NCBI GenBank assembly: GCA_026986575.1
Contig: JALSOH010000009.1
Coordinates: forward strand, 64,001-128,000
Length of the DNA: 64,000 bases
Direction: 5' to 3'
Source of the DNA: Thermoproteota archaeon
GTDB lineage: Archaea; Korarchaeota; Korarchaeia; Korarchaeales; Korarchaeaceae
A program made the position numbers and the translations under genes. Under the pieces are notes generated by a model. It did not search any database. It was not told the origin of the DNA and saw only the letters and a program-made list of their open reading frames with translations. This document shows, one piece after another, positions 39,694 to 50,025 of the stretch. Position 1 is the first letter of the stretch. Each line of letters begins with the position of its first letter.

Positions 39694-41489
39694 GTGAGCT
39701 CTACTCGGAGCACTGGCCCACCCTGAAGGAGGTGAGGGAGCTAGCGGAGAGGTTCAGGAGGTACAGACCCACCACTATTAGGGAGATATTGAGCTGCTGG
39801 GCCGATAGGAGGCCCATCGAAGTCCCTCTCTCCATGATTGAGAATCTCTTCGTGGGCACGAGGTCCCTCAGGGAGACCATGGACCTCGTCCTCTCGCACC
39901 TGAGGGACAGGGACTGGAGGGGCTTCATCGCCAGGATAGTGGGGGAGTACGGCTCGGGCAAGACCCAGCTCGGGAGGCTCCTCCTCCGGGCGATAAGGGA
40001 GGAGGGTGAGGCTGAGCCCAGGTTCGTGACCCTGGATCCGTTAACGGACGTGAGGGACCTCCTGGTGGAGAAACTGGATGCCGAAGGACCCGTAGTTCTG
40101 ATAATAGATGAAGTGGACCAGCTCCTCCGCGACCTCGAGAGGGGGAGGAGGGAGAAGCTGGAGGACCTTGCCGACGTGGTCAGGTGGGTGACCGAGGGTC
40201 ACGGCTCCCCTCCCAGGGGTTCGGTGATCCTCCTCCTGTCCAAGAGGGCCCAGGAGGCCCTGATGAGCGACAGGGCCTTGGCGAACAGGCTCCTAGAGAG
40301 GTCGAGGGTGTTCAAGCTCTCCATGTCCGACGAAGAGAGGGAGAGGGCGGGGATTGAGGCTGCCAAGAAGATCCTCGCCCTCTGGATGGCCTACAGTCCC
40401 GAATACGCCTCCCTAATAGAGAGGATATTCCCGGCCCTCTATCCCCTCATGGAGAAGGTGGCTAGGGACTTGGCCCTGACTAGAGAGATCGGTGGGATAG
40501 TGAAGAACCTAGTGGACCTCTCAGAGGAGGTACTGAGGAGCGTGAGGAGAGAAGCTACCCTCCTCTCGAGGGTCGAGGAAGGAAGTGTAGTGGAGGGCAT
40601 AATCAGGGAGTTCCTTACTAGGGAGATGAGGAGCTTTCCCTTCAAGGTGAGGCTGGGCGACGAGGTCAAGGATTACATAGCGGTGTTCTCCCCAGAAAGA
40701 CTGTCCGCTCAGGGAGCCGTGTCGGACGGCCAATTCTTGGTGTGGACATACGACGCTAACGCGGGAAGAAAGGGAGATGTCTTGGTGAGCAGGGTGGCGG
40801 TGGAGATCAAATTCGGCGATTACTGGGTCAGGGAGAGGGATCAAATAATCAGACTGCTGGAGAAACCCCTTCTCGTGATATCTGTGACCGACGCGGATCC
40901 CGAGGAGATGGCCGAGGTGGAGGCGGAGATGAGGAGGGGTGGCAGGCCCTTCGCGCTCCTCACGGCGGACCCCGACCTGTTCAGGGTGGCCTACCTACTG
41001 GAGGGGGAGAGGGCCCTGAACTTCCTTAGGGAGAGAGGTAACTTCGAGAGGGACATGCCGGAGGTATTGAGCCAGCTGATGGTTCCCACAGCGGTCAGGC
41101 AGGTTACGAGCGAAGGGTTGAGCGAGGACAAGCTCCTGAGGCAGGCGGCCTCCTCCATCCTGAGCTCCCTCATAAGGGAGCTGAAGAGGGCGAAGACCTC
41201 CAAGAGGACGACCACCCTCATAAACGCGATCGTGGCTAGCGTGGACTCGGTATATGCGGGGGCTGGAACCAGACCCCCCGCCGTGGGGAGCGGCACGATC
41301 AACATGATAATAAGGGTGCTGATCAGGGAGGGCCTTGGAAGGCTTTCGGAGAGCGGAAAGAGTCTAATGCTTAACAGGGAGGCCAGACTCATATTAGAAG
41401 AGATAGAGAGGGATGACAAGAGGAGGAGGGATGTGGAACTTGTGATATACGATATCCTCTCTAGATCGAAGGAGGTCCCAACCATCTAG
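39681..41489 (+). CDS. AAA+ P-loop ATPase with putative PD-(D/E)XK and wHTH C-terminal domains
   Basis: Walker A GEYGSGKT, Walker B VLIIDEVD, ALANRL (Arg-finger-like); SDGQF...VAVEIKFG; C-terminal IIRVLIREGLGRL. Confidence 0.75.
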   Translation: MVLLSELYSEHWPTLKEVRELAERFRRYRPTTIREILSCWADRRPIEVPLSMIENLFVGTRSLRETMDLVLSHLRDRDWRGFIARIVGEYGSGKTQLGRLLLRAIREEGEAEPRFVTLDPLTDVRDLLVEKLDAEGPVVLIIDEVDQLLRDLERGRREKLEDLADVVRWVTEGHGSPPRGSVILLLSKRAQEALMSDRALANRLLERSRVFKLSMSDEERERAGIEAAKKILALWMAYSPEYASLIERIFPALYPLMEKVARDLALTREIGGIVKNLVDLSEEVLRSVRREATLLSRVEEGSVVEGIIREFLTREMRSFPFKVRLGDEVKDYIAVFSPERLSAQGAVSDGQFLVWTYDANAGRKGDVLVSRVAVEIKFGDYWVRERDQIIRLLEKPLLVISVTDADPEEMAEVEAEMRRGGRPFALLTADPDLFRVAYLLEGERALNFLRERGNFERDMPEVLSQLMVPTAVRQVTSEGLSEDKLLRQAASSILSSLIRELKRAKTSKRTTTLINAIVASVDSVYAGAGTRPPAVGSGTINMIIRVLIREGLGRLSESGKSLMLNREARLILEEIERDDKRRRDVELVIYDILSRSKEVPTI

Positions 41490-41821
41490 TCTTGGGACCT
41501 CCCCTCGCCCTCCTTAATGAGCTCTGAGATCCTTCCAGCTAGGTCGAGCACTTTCCCCAACTTTTCTACTCCGGTCTCAGTCATCTCGTAGCAGGTGACG
41601 TATCTGAGCCCCCTAAGGCACCTAGTCTTTCTCACAAGTTCTTTCTCCTCTAAAACCTTCATGTGAGATCCCAGATTCCCGGGAGACAATCCTAGGGTGT
41701 CTCTCAACTCCTTGAACGATCTCCTACCCTCCAAGGCTAGGAGAATAAGGATGCTCAACCTCCTGGGCTGTACAACCGCGTCTTCCTCCTGCAGCCTCCT
41801 TAGCAGGCTCGACAGATCCAT
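41486..41821 (-). CDS. Winged-helix transcriptional regulator (HTH_34/ArsR-MarR like)
   Basis: PRRLSILILL...SFKELRDTLGLSPGNLGSHMKVLEE...YEMTETG. Confidence 0.9.
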   Translation of the reverse strand: MDLSSLLRRLQEEDAVVQPRRLSILILLALEGRRSFKELRDTLGLSPGNLGSHMKVLEEKELVRKTRCLRGLRYVTCYEMTETGVEKLGKVLDLAGRISELIKEGEGRSQD

Positions 41822-42436
41822 TCAGGTCCACCTAAGGTAGATGCTTATCCCGGCCAGCGCGTAGACGAGTGAGATGAGCAGGCAGCCCAAAAGGTTCGCA
41901 ACGCCTGGAGACAGGGTTGCCATAACTGGGACGGCAAGGAGCAAGCAGATTCCTACTAGGAGACTCTCCAAGGGCTTCCTCTGCAGGATCCACATCAGAG
42001 TGTTCCCAGAGCCCACGAACGTGAGGACGGAAAGGATGATGGCCTGCTCGAATCCCATGGAGTCTGCAAGCCAGTAGGAGAGGATACTGATGAATCCAGC
42101 CAATACCCAAGCGGAAACGGATTTCCACCTCTCCTTCCAGAACCTCTTTACCTCTTCCTCCCTTCCGGTCAGCTTCAGGAGCACCTTGACCTTGGAGAAG
42201 TTCCTCGCTGTGTCCAGCCATATGATGGAGAACACGGTGAACCAGAGGAGCCCTATGGCCGGACCGACCTCCTCCTGTGGGAGGGTGTTCAGCAGGACCT
42301 CTTGGGCTAAACAGGCTAGGAACCCTCCGACGGCCCAGCTCAGGTAGATCTTTGAAATGGTGAGCCTGAGCTGGTTGTTGATGTACCTCCTTATTCCCTC
42401 AAGGGTCTCAACGAGTTCTCTCTCCCTGTCTTCCAT
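41822..42436 (-). CDS. Multi-pass membrane protein
   Basis: About 6 hydrophobic helices; operonic with the regulator. Confidence 0.8.
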   Translation of the reverse strand: MEDRERELVETLEGIRRYINNQLRLTISKIYLSWAVGGFLACLAQEVLLNTLPQEEVGPAIGLLWFTVFSIIWLDTARNFSKVKVLLKLTGREEEVKRFWKERWKSVSAWVLAGFISILSYWLADSMGFEQAIILSVLTFVGSGNTLMWILQRKPLESLLVGICLLLAVPVMATLSPGVANLLGCLLISLVYALAGISIYLRWT

Positions 42437-42478
42437 CGATTCATCCCCTCGAGGGACATTAAAAAAGTGAACCTACTG

Positions 42479-42491
42479 TCTGAAATTCAGA
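42479..42491. promoter_or_regulatory. Candidate operator palindrome
   Basis: TCTGAA-A-TTCAGA between the divergent regulator operon and the ABC exporter. Confidence 0.45.
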
Positions 42492-42534
42492 GGGATGATC
42501 AGGTTTTAAACTCTGTATTTAGGCATTTTAATCG

Positions 42535-43476
42535 ATGATAGCTCTTGAGGTGGAAGGACTCACGAAGATGTACGGCGAGGTAAGGGCTCTCGACTCCATC
42601 TCCTTCCATGTGAACGAGAGAGAGATTTTCGGCTTGCTGGGGCCCAACGGATCCGGTAAGACCACCCTGATGGAGATAGTCGCTGGCGTGAGGGCCCCAA
42701 CCTCCGGGTCAGTCAAGGTCTTCGGACTCGATGCTCTGAGGGAGAGGGAGAAGGTCAGTAGGCTCATAGGCTTCAATCCCCAGGAGACGATGCTTTACGG
42801 GGATCTAAGTGGCTGGGAGAACCTGAGGTTCGTCGCCTCCCTCTATGGGATGGACATGAGGGAGTTCAGGGAGAGGGTGGAGGAGCTGTCGGGGATCTTG
42901 GGAACTGGGGGGTTCTTGGATAAGAGGGTGGACAAGCTATCTGGGGGTCAGAGGCGCAGGATAAGCCTCATGGCCTCCATTCTTCACTCTCCGCACCTCC
43001 TCATCTTGGATGAGCCCACCGTTGGCTTGGACCCCGAGGCCAGAAGGGACTTCTGGGAGGTTATATGGAGGTTGAGGGACGAGGGAAGCACCATCCTTCT
43101 CAGTACCCACTACATGGAAGAGGCAGACGAACTCTGCGACCGGGTGGCCATAATGGACAGAGGGAGGATCGTGGGACTCGGAGAGCCGGATGAGCTGAAG
43201 AGGAGGTACGGGGGAACGGCCAAGGTGATAGTCTATCCGAAGCTGAGGTCGATCGGAGAGGTGGAGGGGACCCTCAGGGAAATGGGCCTCAAAGTGACCA
43301 GAATAGGGGACGGATTGGCGGTAGAGACGGAGGAGCCGGAGGAACTCATCCCGGATCTGATAACCTCCCTGTCCTCGAAGGGGCTTGAACCGGAGAGGAT
43401 AGAGATAAGAAGCCCGACGCTAGAGGATGTCTTCCTGAACCTCACCGGCAGGCCCCTCGCGGAGGTGGTGGAATGA
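42535..43476 (+). CDS. ABC-2 exporter ATP-binding subunit
   Basis: GPNGSGKTT, LSGGQRRR, LDEPTVGLD, STHYMEEA. Confidence 0.95.
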   Translation: MIALEVEGLTKMYGEVRALDSISFHVNEREIFGLLGPNGSGKTTLMEIVAGVRAPTSGSVKVFGLDALREREKVSRLIGFNPQETMLYGDLSGWENLRFVASLYGMDMREFRERVEELSGILGTGGFLDKRVDKLSGGQRRRISLMASILHSPHLLILDEPTVGLDPEARRDFWEVIWRLRDEGSTILLSTHYMEEADELCDRVAIMDRGRIVGLGEPDELKRRYGGTAKVIVYPKLRSIGEVEGTLREMGLKVTRIGDGLAVETEEPEELIPDLITSLSSKGLEPERIEIRSPTLEDVFLNLTGRPLAEVVE

Positions 43477-44690
43477 AGCTGAATCCGGCTCTTGAGGTGG
43501 CGAGGAAGGACCTGCTCTCCTTTTTCAGGAGCAAGTCCACCCTGTTCTGGACCCTAGCCTTCCCCCTTCTCATGATGCTCCTCTTCTCCTCGATGTTCGG
43601 GGGCGGGGGCGCGATGTTCACGATAGCGGTGGTGGATCAGGACGGGGGTACCATCTCAAAGGCGTTCTTGGAAGCCCTCAACTCCACCAATGTCACCCGC
43701 CTGATCCCGTTCTCGAGTGAATTAGATGCCAAAGAGTACATCATGGATGGGAGGGCAGACGCCCTTCTAATCGTACCTAGGGGCTTCTCCGACAACCTGA
43801 CCTCGGGCCTCACCGCTGAATTCCGCTTCTACACATCCGAAGACCCTCAAGTGAGGACCGCCGTGACCAACATGCTCAACGGGTTCGTCGATGCCTTCTC
43901 CGAAGAGTACAGGGAGAGGGCACTGGCCATTCTAGAGGAGCACATGCCCCCAGAGATCCCCGCGGGGGGAAGGAACCTCTCAAGGGATATGGTGATCTCC
44001 TTCCTCAGGTCCTTCGCTAGGCCTGTGAGGATCAGGATCGCTTCCATAGCAAAGCCCGAGGTGACGAGCGAGACGGTAGCCTATTGGAAGGAAGAGGGGC
44101 ACTGGATAACCGTGATGCTCGCGTACACACTCATATTCTCGGGAATGGTCGGAGCAGCATCACTCCTCGCCTACGAGAAGCTGTTGGGGACAGTGAAGAG
44201 GTTGATCGCCTCCCCGGCATCGAGATGGTCGCTGCTGGCCGGGAAGCTCCTTGGAGGATTGGCTATTCTCACCCTGAGCCAGGTGATCTTGGTATTCTTG
44301 ACCATGCTATGGCTCAGGCCCGAGGTGGACTGGACACCCCTGATCATCCCAGTGATGATAGCTGGAGATCTAGCGAGCTTGGGGCTCGGCCTCTTGGTGG
44401 TGGAGCTCTCACCAAACCCCAAGGCGGCCAGCGAAGCTGTCACCACCGTAGGAATAATGATCCAGTTCGTATCGGGGCTCTATTTTCCATTGAGCTTCCT
44501 GCCCGATCCGCTCAGGGCGGTGGCAGAGGTCATACCCTTCACTTGGGCCGTGAAGGCCTTGGATGGGTTGCTTGTGATGGGCAAGGGGCTTGAATCGGTG
44601 GTGGCGCCGGTCACCTACTTGGCGTTGGCTGCGCTGATCTTCACCTCCATAGCATCGGCGCTCTTCCCGAGGTGGGCGAGGGTCGAGTGA
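43473..44690 (+). CDS. ABC-2 exporter permease
   Basis: FWTLAFP, IAVVDQDGG extracellular domain, EKLLGTVKRL, SGLYFP. Confidence 0.93.
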   Translation: MKLNPALEVARKDLLSFFRSKSTLFWTLAFPLLMMLLFSSMFGGGGAMFTIAVVDQDGGTISKAFLEALNSTNVTRLIPFSSELDAKEYIMDGRADALLIVPRGFSDNLTSGLTAEFRFYTSEDPQVRTAVTNMLNGFVDAFSEEYRERALAILEEHMPPEIPAGGRNLSRDMVISFLRSFARPVRIRIASIAKPEVTSETVAYWKEEGHWITVMLAYTLIFSGMVGAASLLAYEKLLGTVKRLIASPASRWSLLAGKLLGGLAILTLSQVILVFLTMLWLRPEVDWTPLIIPVMIAGDLASLGLGLLVVELSPNPKAASEAVTTVGIMIQFVSGLYFPLSFLPDPLRAVAEVIPFTWAVKALDGLLVMGKGLESVVAPVTYLALAALIFTSIASALFPRWARVE

Positions 44691-44927
44691 TATCGTGGGT
44701 GCTCGGATCACTTCCACATCTATTCCTCTGATGAAAAGGAAAGTTGGATTAATGCAGTCAACAAGGGTAGGTTCACCCATTAAGGGGAGATCGAGCCGTC
44801 TGTCTCCCTAGAAGCGGCCCGCACAATTACCATCGCATTCAGAGTGTCGTCGTGTAAAGGTCTACCTCCAAATCGTAAGGTAATACAGAGAGGTATGCTT
44901 ATATTGGCTAAAGGGTAATACCAAATT

Positions 44928-45155
44928 ATGTCGGGAGTGGTCACCTTCAAGGTCCCCAAGGAGATCAAGGAGAAGATGAGGAAGTACTCGAAGGTCGTGA
45001 AGTGGAGCGAAGAGCTTCGAAATTACGTTATCGAGAGGATCAGAGATCTAGAGAGAGAAGAAAACCTTAGGAAGGTGATGGAGGTGATAAAAACCACAAA
45101 GGGAGTACCTGAAGGTTTCTCTTTGGAGAGCATTCGGGAGGACAGGGAACCTTGA
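44928..45155 (+). CDS. RHH antitoxin (VapB-like)
   Basis: VVTFKVP...VKWSEELR...IREDRE; paralog of 11326..11559. Confidence 0.87.
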   Translation: MSGVVTFKVPKEIKEKMRKYSKVVKWSEELRNYVIERIRDLEREENLRKVMEVIKTTKGVPEGFSLESIREDREP

Positions 45156-45565
45156 ACGTAATTGATGCATCTGCTCTTTCTAAGTTCATCCTGAAAGAAG
45201 CTGGATGGGAAGCTGTTGCAGGCTATTTAGTAAACTCCCTGTCAGTCGATCACGTGCTGAAGGAGGTTTCCAATGCCATATGGAAGGCATTCAGGAGGGG
45301 ATTCATCGACGTGGAGGATTCGACGAGGAAGTTCTCCGCCCTCATCACCCTACTCCGTGCAAATTTGGAGCTGGTGAACGAGGTGGAAATACTTCCCTCC
45401 GCCTTTGACCTGGCTCTGAAGCACGGTATAACGGTATATGATGCGCTTTATGTGGAGTTAGCTAGAGAGAAAGGCCTCCCGCTGGTCACCTGTGACGAGA
45501 CCCAAGCCAAGGTGGCCCGGGATGAAGGGGTTGAGATAGTGCTCTTAAAAGCGAAACCACCTTGA
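45152..45565 (+). CDS. vapC: PIN-domain toxin (VapC)
   Basis: VIDASAL...EVSNA...ITVYDALY...LVTCD; paralog of 10944..11339. Confidence 0.92.
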   Translation: MNVIDASALSKFILKEAGWEAVAGYLVNSLSVDHVLKEVSNAIWKAFRRGFIDVEDSTRKFSALITLLRANLELVNEVEILPSAFDLALKHGITVYDALYVELAREKGLPLVTCDETQAKVARDEGVEIVLLKAKPP

Positions 45566-45964
45566 AGGTGTTGGCAGCGTTGATCGACCCGGGAGAGGTC
45601 TGTGACTAGTGAAAGAATCACGCTCCTCGTGAACTGGAGCTAGGAAACGCAGTGCAGCTAGTCGGTGAGGGGAGAGCATGTTGGATCCCCTCCTATTTTC
45701 GGAATTGATACCTTATTCACAGAATTAGGGCCCCTACATCAGAGGATCCAGTCGGTCCTTGGATTAGTATGACATTGGAGAGGCTCTAAATACCAATCTA
45801 TCAGCGGGGCTCGTACCCAGTGCTTTAGGACGCATCTTCCACCACTATGCAAGTTAGATAGGGAGATCCCTGGACATGGGAACCGCGATCAAGTAACCCT
45901 CACGCAAAAAGTCCGGCTCGAGTGTGCTTTTTAATGGTTGATCCAATTAACATAATGGGAGAGT

Positions 45965-46651
45965 ATGCAATCCCTCAAAGAGGAGCTACTGGATCTTCTT
46001 GAAAAGGACAGGGAGTTTAGATACGCCGTGGCCGGGCTCATAGGGTACAAGGAGGTACTGGAGAGGATAGCATCCCTCGAAGAAAGAATTGTTTCGCTGG
46101 AAGAGGGGCAACAGAAGATACTGGAGCGCATAGTTTCGCTTGAAGAGAAGGCGACCTCCTTGGAGGAGGGCCAGCAGAGGCTCGAGGAGCGCATCATCTC
46201 ATTGGAGGAACGCGTAATTTCGCTGGAAGAGGGTCAACAGGAGCTGAGGAAGGAGCAGCAGGAGCTGAGGAGGGTGGTCAACGTCATAGCCCACAGGTTC
46301 GGCGTCATATCCGAGTCCTCCTTCAGGGAGGGAATGAGGGCCGTATTGGAGGAGGAGCTGGGGGTCGCGGAGGTGGGGAGGTTCATCTTGGAGGACGAGG
46401 AAGGTTCGGTATACGGTCACCCCTCCACGGTGGAGGTTGATGTGCTGGTGAAGGACGGGAAGCACATCCTCGTGGAGGTGAAGTCGAGGGTCTCGAAGGG
46501 AGATGTGGCCGAACTTCACAGGATAGGAGAGCTATACACTAGAAAGATAGGGATCAAGCCTTCCTTACTAATAGTGGGGGGACTGGTGGACGAGGGAGCG
46601 AAGGAACTGGCTGAGAAGCTTGGGGTGAAGATAAGACCCGTTATCGACTGA
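45965..46651 (+). CDS. Coiled-coil + PD-(D/E)XK nuclease-fold protein (DUF3782/DUF1626-like)
   Basis: EFRYAVAGLIG N-terminus, heptad repeats (RIxSLEE/GQQxLEE), EVDVLV...LVEVKS. Confidence 0.85.
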   Translation: MQSLKEELLDLLEKDREFRYAVAGLIGYKEVLERIASLEERIVSLEEGQQKILERIVSLEEKATSLEEGQQRLEERIISLEERVISLEEGQQELRKEQQELRRVVNVIAHRFGVISESSFREGMRAVLEEELGVAEVGRFILEDEEGSVYGHPSTVEVDVLVKDGKHILVEVKSRVSKGDVAELHRIGELYTRKIGIKPSLLIVGGLVDEGAKELAEKLGVKIRPVID

Positions 46652-46849
46652 ATTCCTTGGGGCACCTATGGCCTAGACCTCTCCTACTCCACCTCACCAG
46701 TAGCTGCGCGCTCAGTTGATTGTAAAAACATTTGAGTAAAAATCCCATTCTCGAGCGTATAACCACGTGATTCGACTCATGGGGATAATTGGGGAGGCAG
46801 ACTTAAAAGAAATCGGTAGATGAAAGCTCCAACTCAGGGAGGTGTCAAC

Positions 46850-48166
46850 TTGGTAACTAGGAGAGAGTTCCTGGGCATGCTGGGTGGGGGCATAGTTGGT
46901 CTCGCCGTCGGCGGTGCCTTAGGCTACACCCTCGCGCCCAAGGGGCCATCACCCGAGGAGATGGCTGGTAAGCTGCCAGGAGTCCCCTCAGAACCCCTTA
47001 AAATAGGAGGGATGTGGTTCCTCACTGGCAAGTTCGGCACTTACGGTGACATGGCTAAGAAGGCCCTCCAGCTGGCCGTTGATGAGATCAACGCCTCAGG
47101 CGGCATCCTGGGTAGGAAAGTCGAGATCACGCTCAAGGACGAGGCTGATAGGCAGAACGTCCTCCAGAATATAAGGAAGATGGTGGAGGAGGAGAAGGCT
47201 GAGTTTCTCATAGGCATCGATAGCAGCGGCGACGTGCTGAAGCTGGCTCCGGTCGTCGAAAACGACCTGCACGTGGTCACAGTGATAACCCATGCCGCTA
47301 CACCCAAGCTGACCGCATGCAACAAGCTCCACTATGTCTTCAGGATAAGCATGTACGAGGAACCCATAGATGTTGCCGCCGCCAAGCTTGTTGCCGAGAA
47401 GTTCCCTGATGTGAAGAAAGTAGCTAGCATCGGGCCAGATTATGCTTACGGATACGACTCCTGGGCCATATTCAGCACCAACTTGAAGAAGCTGCTGCCA
47501 GGCGTGGAGATGGCCGAACCAATGTACTCAAAGCTGGGCACCGAGGACTTCAGCAGCTATATAGACAAGATGCTGGCCTACGAGCCCGACTTGGTGTTCA
47601 GCAGCCTGTGGGGCGGTGATGCGGCCACCTTCGTCAAGCAGGCCGTCTCCAAGGGCCTCTTTGACAGGGTGAAGTACTACCTTAATCCCATGCTCGGGGC
47701 CACCGACACCCTGAAGGCCATAGGTGACGGGAACGTTCCAACAAAGGCTCAAGTCTGGGGAAGCGGGAGGTACTGGTTCCTCTACCCGCCACACGATGTG
47801 TGGCCCCTAAACAAGACCTTCGTGAGCAAGTTCAAGTCTAGGTACGGGGAGTACCCGCCCTACGTGTCAGCCACCAGTTACACTGCAGTTTACGCCCTGA
47901 AAGCTGCGATAGAGAGAGCATACGTCATGAAAGGCGCGTGGCCCGGGCAGGACGATGTGGTGGCTGCTATGGAGGGCTTGGCAGTGGCAGGACCCATGGG
48001 ACCCGTTGCAATGAGGGAGGACCATCAGGGGGTCTACTCCGTCTTCTGGGGCAGGCTGACCAAGGGAGCCCCGAACTATCCGCACCCAATTCTCACGGAC
48101 ATACAGGTGTTCGACTTCGGGGAGGTCTTCCCCGCCCCTGGCCAGACGGCCGTCAAGTGCCAGTAA
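46850..48166 (+). CDS. Branched-chain amino acid-type ABC substrate-binding protein, Tat signal
   Basis: TTG 46850 after GGAGGTG; TRREFL twin-arginine motif + TM; EINASGGILGRK, DYAYG. Confidence 0.9.
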   Translation: MVTRREFLGMLGGGIVGLAVGGALGYTLAPKGPSPEEMAGKLPGVPSEPLKIGGMWFLTGKFGTYGDMAKKALQLAVDEINASGGILGRKVEITLKDEADRQNVLQNIRKMVEEEKAEFLIGIDSSGDVLKLAPVVENDLHVVTVITHAATPKLTACNKLHYVFRISMYEEPIDVAAAKLVAEKFPDVKKVASIGPDYAYGYDSWAIFSTNLKKLLPGVEMAEPMYSKLGTEDFSSYIDKMLAYEPDLVFSSLWGGDAATFVKQAVSKGLFDRVKYYLNPMLGATDTLKAIGDGNVPTKAQVWGSGRYWFLYPPHDVWPLNKTFVSKFKSRYGEYPPYVSATSYTAVYALKAAIERAYVMKGAWPGQDDVVAAMEGLAVAGPMGPVAMREDHQGVYSVFWGRLTKGAPNYPHPILTDIQVFDFGEVFPAPGQTAVKCQ

Positions 48167-48197
48167 ACCCTCCCTCTACTTTTTCCGGGGTGTCTCC

Positions 48198-49091
48198 ATG
48201 GATATGGGCTTGCTGGCCGCTCAGGTATTCAACGGGCTCGTCTACTCCTCCATCCTCTTCCTCGTTTCCTCTGGCCTGACTCTGATTTATGGAATAATGA
48301 ACGTGCTTAACTTGGCGCACGGAAGCCTCTACATGCTAGGAGCCTATCTTGGGATAACGATAGTGGTATATGCCCTAGGAGGAACTCCCTTGGCCTACCT
48401 TGTCGCCTTCCTGTTGGTGCCCCCCTCGGTGGGGGTGGTGGGCGCGCTGCTGGAGAGGACCTTGATAAGGAGGACCTATCCCATGGGGGAGGAGTACCAG
48501 CTCCTGCTGACCTTCGGCCTCATACTAGTGTTCGACGACCTCGTCAAGATGGTGTGGGGTGCGGCTTACATAAACTTCCCCGATCCCAACTCCTTCCTCG
48601 GTGGATTGAGATTCGGAGTTTACACCTTACCCCTGTATCATGTGATCCTCATAGCGCTGGGGTTCGCGGTCTTCCTCGGCCTCTGGACCTTTTTCAGCAG
48701 GACATTCACCGGCAAGGTGATGAGAGCAGCTGCGATGGACAGGGAGATAGTGGAGGCCATGGGCGTGGACGTCAACCGGGTCTTCGTCTCCTCATTCTTC
48801 TTGGGAAGCCTGCTAAGCGGTCTGGGTGGGATAAGTGCTGGACCTCTCTACACCGCCAGCCCCGGGATGGGGACGGACATCATAGTGTACAGCTTCGCGG
48901 TCATCGTGATAGGGGGCATGGGAAGCATTGGAGGGGCGATGGCGGGCAGCCTGATCGTGGGCGTGCTCCGTTCCCTAGCGATCTCTTTCTATCCACAGCT
49001 GGAGATAGTGATAGTATTTGTGATAATGGCCGCTGTCCTCCTAGTTAAGCCGACGGGACTCTTCGGGAGGCCTGAGTTCGAGAGGAGGTGA
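48198..49091 (+). CDS. livH: BCAA ABC permease
   Basis: GLTLIYGIMNVLNLAHG, GGMGSIGG, KPTGLFG. Confidence 0.9.
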   Translation: MDMGLLAAQVFNGLVYSSILFLVSSGLTLIYGIMNVLNLAHGSLYMLGAYLGITIVVYALGGTPLAYLVAFLLVPPSVGVVGALLERTLIRRTYPMGEEYQLLLTFGLILVFDDLVKMVWGAAYINFPDPNSFLGGLRFGVYTLPLYHVILIALGFAVFLGLWTFFSRTFTGKVMRAAAMDREIVEAMGVDVNRVFVSSFFLGSLLSGLGGISAGPLYTASPGMGTDIIVYSFAVIVIGGMGSIGGAMAGSLIVGVLRSLAISFYPQLEIVIVFVIMAAVLLVKPTGLFGRPEFERR

Positions 49092-49095
49092 CTTC

Positions 49096-50022
49096 ATGGG
49101 TGAGGAGGTTAAGGAGCAGGAGGTGAGCATGGAGACCGTGGCGATGATCCTAGGAGTCATACTACTGGCGCTCGTCCCTCTAGCGGGAAGGCACATGACG
49201 CACTTGGTGGCGTCGGCCCTCCTCCTTTCCCTGGCCGCTACCAGCTTTAACCTGCTCTTCGGCTACACCGGATTGCTGAGCTTCGGCCACGCCCTCTTCT
49301 GGGGAGTTGGAGGTTACACCGTCGCGGTAATGATGGCTAGGTTTGGCTTCGGCTACTTGGAGTCCGTAGCAGCCGCGCTTGCGATGTCGGCCATCATGGG
49401 GGCGGCCATAGGATTCCTTTGCGTCAGGCACACCCGCATATACTTCGCGATACTGACCCTGGCCTTCGGGCAGATGTTCTACGGGATAGCAGTGAAGTGG
49501 GACTTCCTAGGGGGGAGCGACGGGATATACGGCCTGCCCAGGCCCCTTAATTCCTTGGAGCTCTATTACTACGTGGTCCTCGCCTCCGTCTTGGTTAGCC
49601 TCTACATCCTGAGAGTGATCACTAGGTCTTCGCTGGGGCTCTCCTTCATGGCGGTGAGGGACAACGCCTTCAGGGCCGAGTTCTTGGGCATAGGGGTCAG
49701 GGCGACGAGGCTCAAGAGCTTCATCATAAGCGCAACCTTCACTGGTCTGGCTGGGGCACTGTGGGTCCTCCTCGAGACGGCTATAGGTCCAGAATCTATG
49801 TTCTGGACCCACTCAGCCGAGTTCGTCTTCGTCACCCTGCTTGGGGGGCCTAGAGTCTTTCTGGGGCCGGTGGTGGGCGGCTTCATCTACGCCTTCCTCG
49901 CTGACGTGGCAATGAGCGTCACGGAGTTTTGGCTGTTCGTGATCGGAGCCGTGCTCATAGGGATAGTGCTGTTCTTCCCGTACGGCGTCTTAGGCTACCT
50001 GCTCAAGAGGTTAAGGGGGTGA
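49096..50022 (+). CDS. livM: BCAA ABC permease
   Basis: NLLFGYTGLLSFGHA, YFAILTLAF, GGSDGI, FPYGV. Confidence 0.9.
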   Translation: MGEEVKEQEVSMETVAMILGVILLALVPLAGRHMTHLVASALLLSLAATSFNLLFGYTGLLSFGHALFWGVGGYTVAVMMARFGFGYLESVAAALAMSAIMGAAIGFLCVRHTRIYFAILTLAFGQMFYGIAVKWDFLGGSDGIYGLPRPLNSLELYYYVVLASVLVSLYILRVITRSSLGLSFMAVRDNAFRAEFLGIGVRATRLKSFIISATFTGLAGALWVLLETAIGPESMFWTHSAEFVFVTLLGGPRVFLGPVVGGFIYAFLADVAMSVTEFWLFVIGAVLIGIVLFFPYGVLGYLLKRLRG

Positions 50023-50025
50023 TTT

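Noticed and set aside
38980-41489. Calling the locus BREX or Orc1/Cdc6
   Set aside because: No pglZ, pglX or brxB, and no Cdc6-type motifs or ORB repeats recognised; only the Walker A resembles BrxD.
46060-46270. 21-bp periodic repeats as a possible CRISPR array
   Set aside because: In-frame, degenerate heptad coding repeats without unique spacers.
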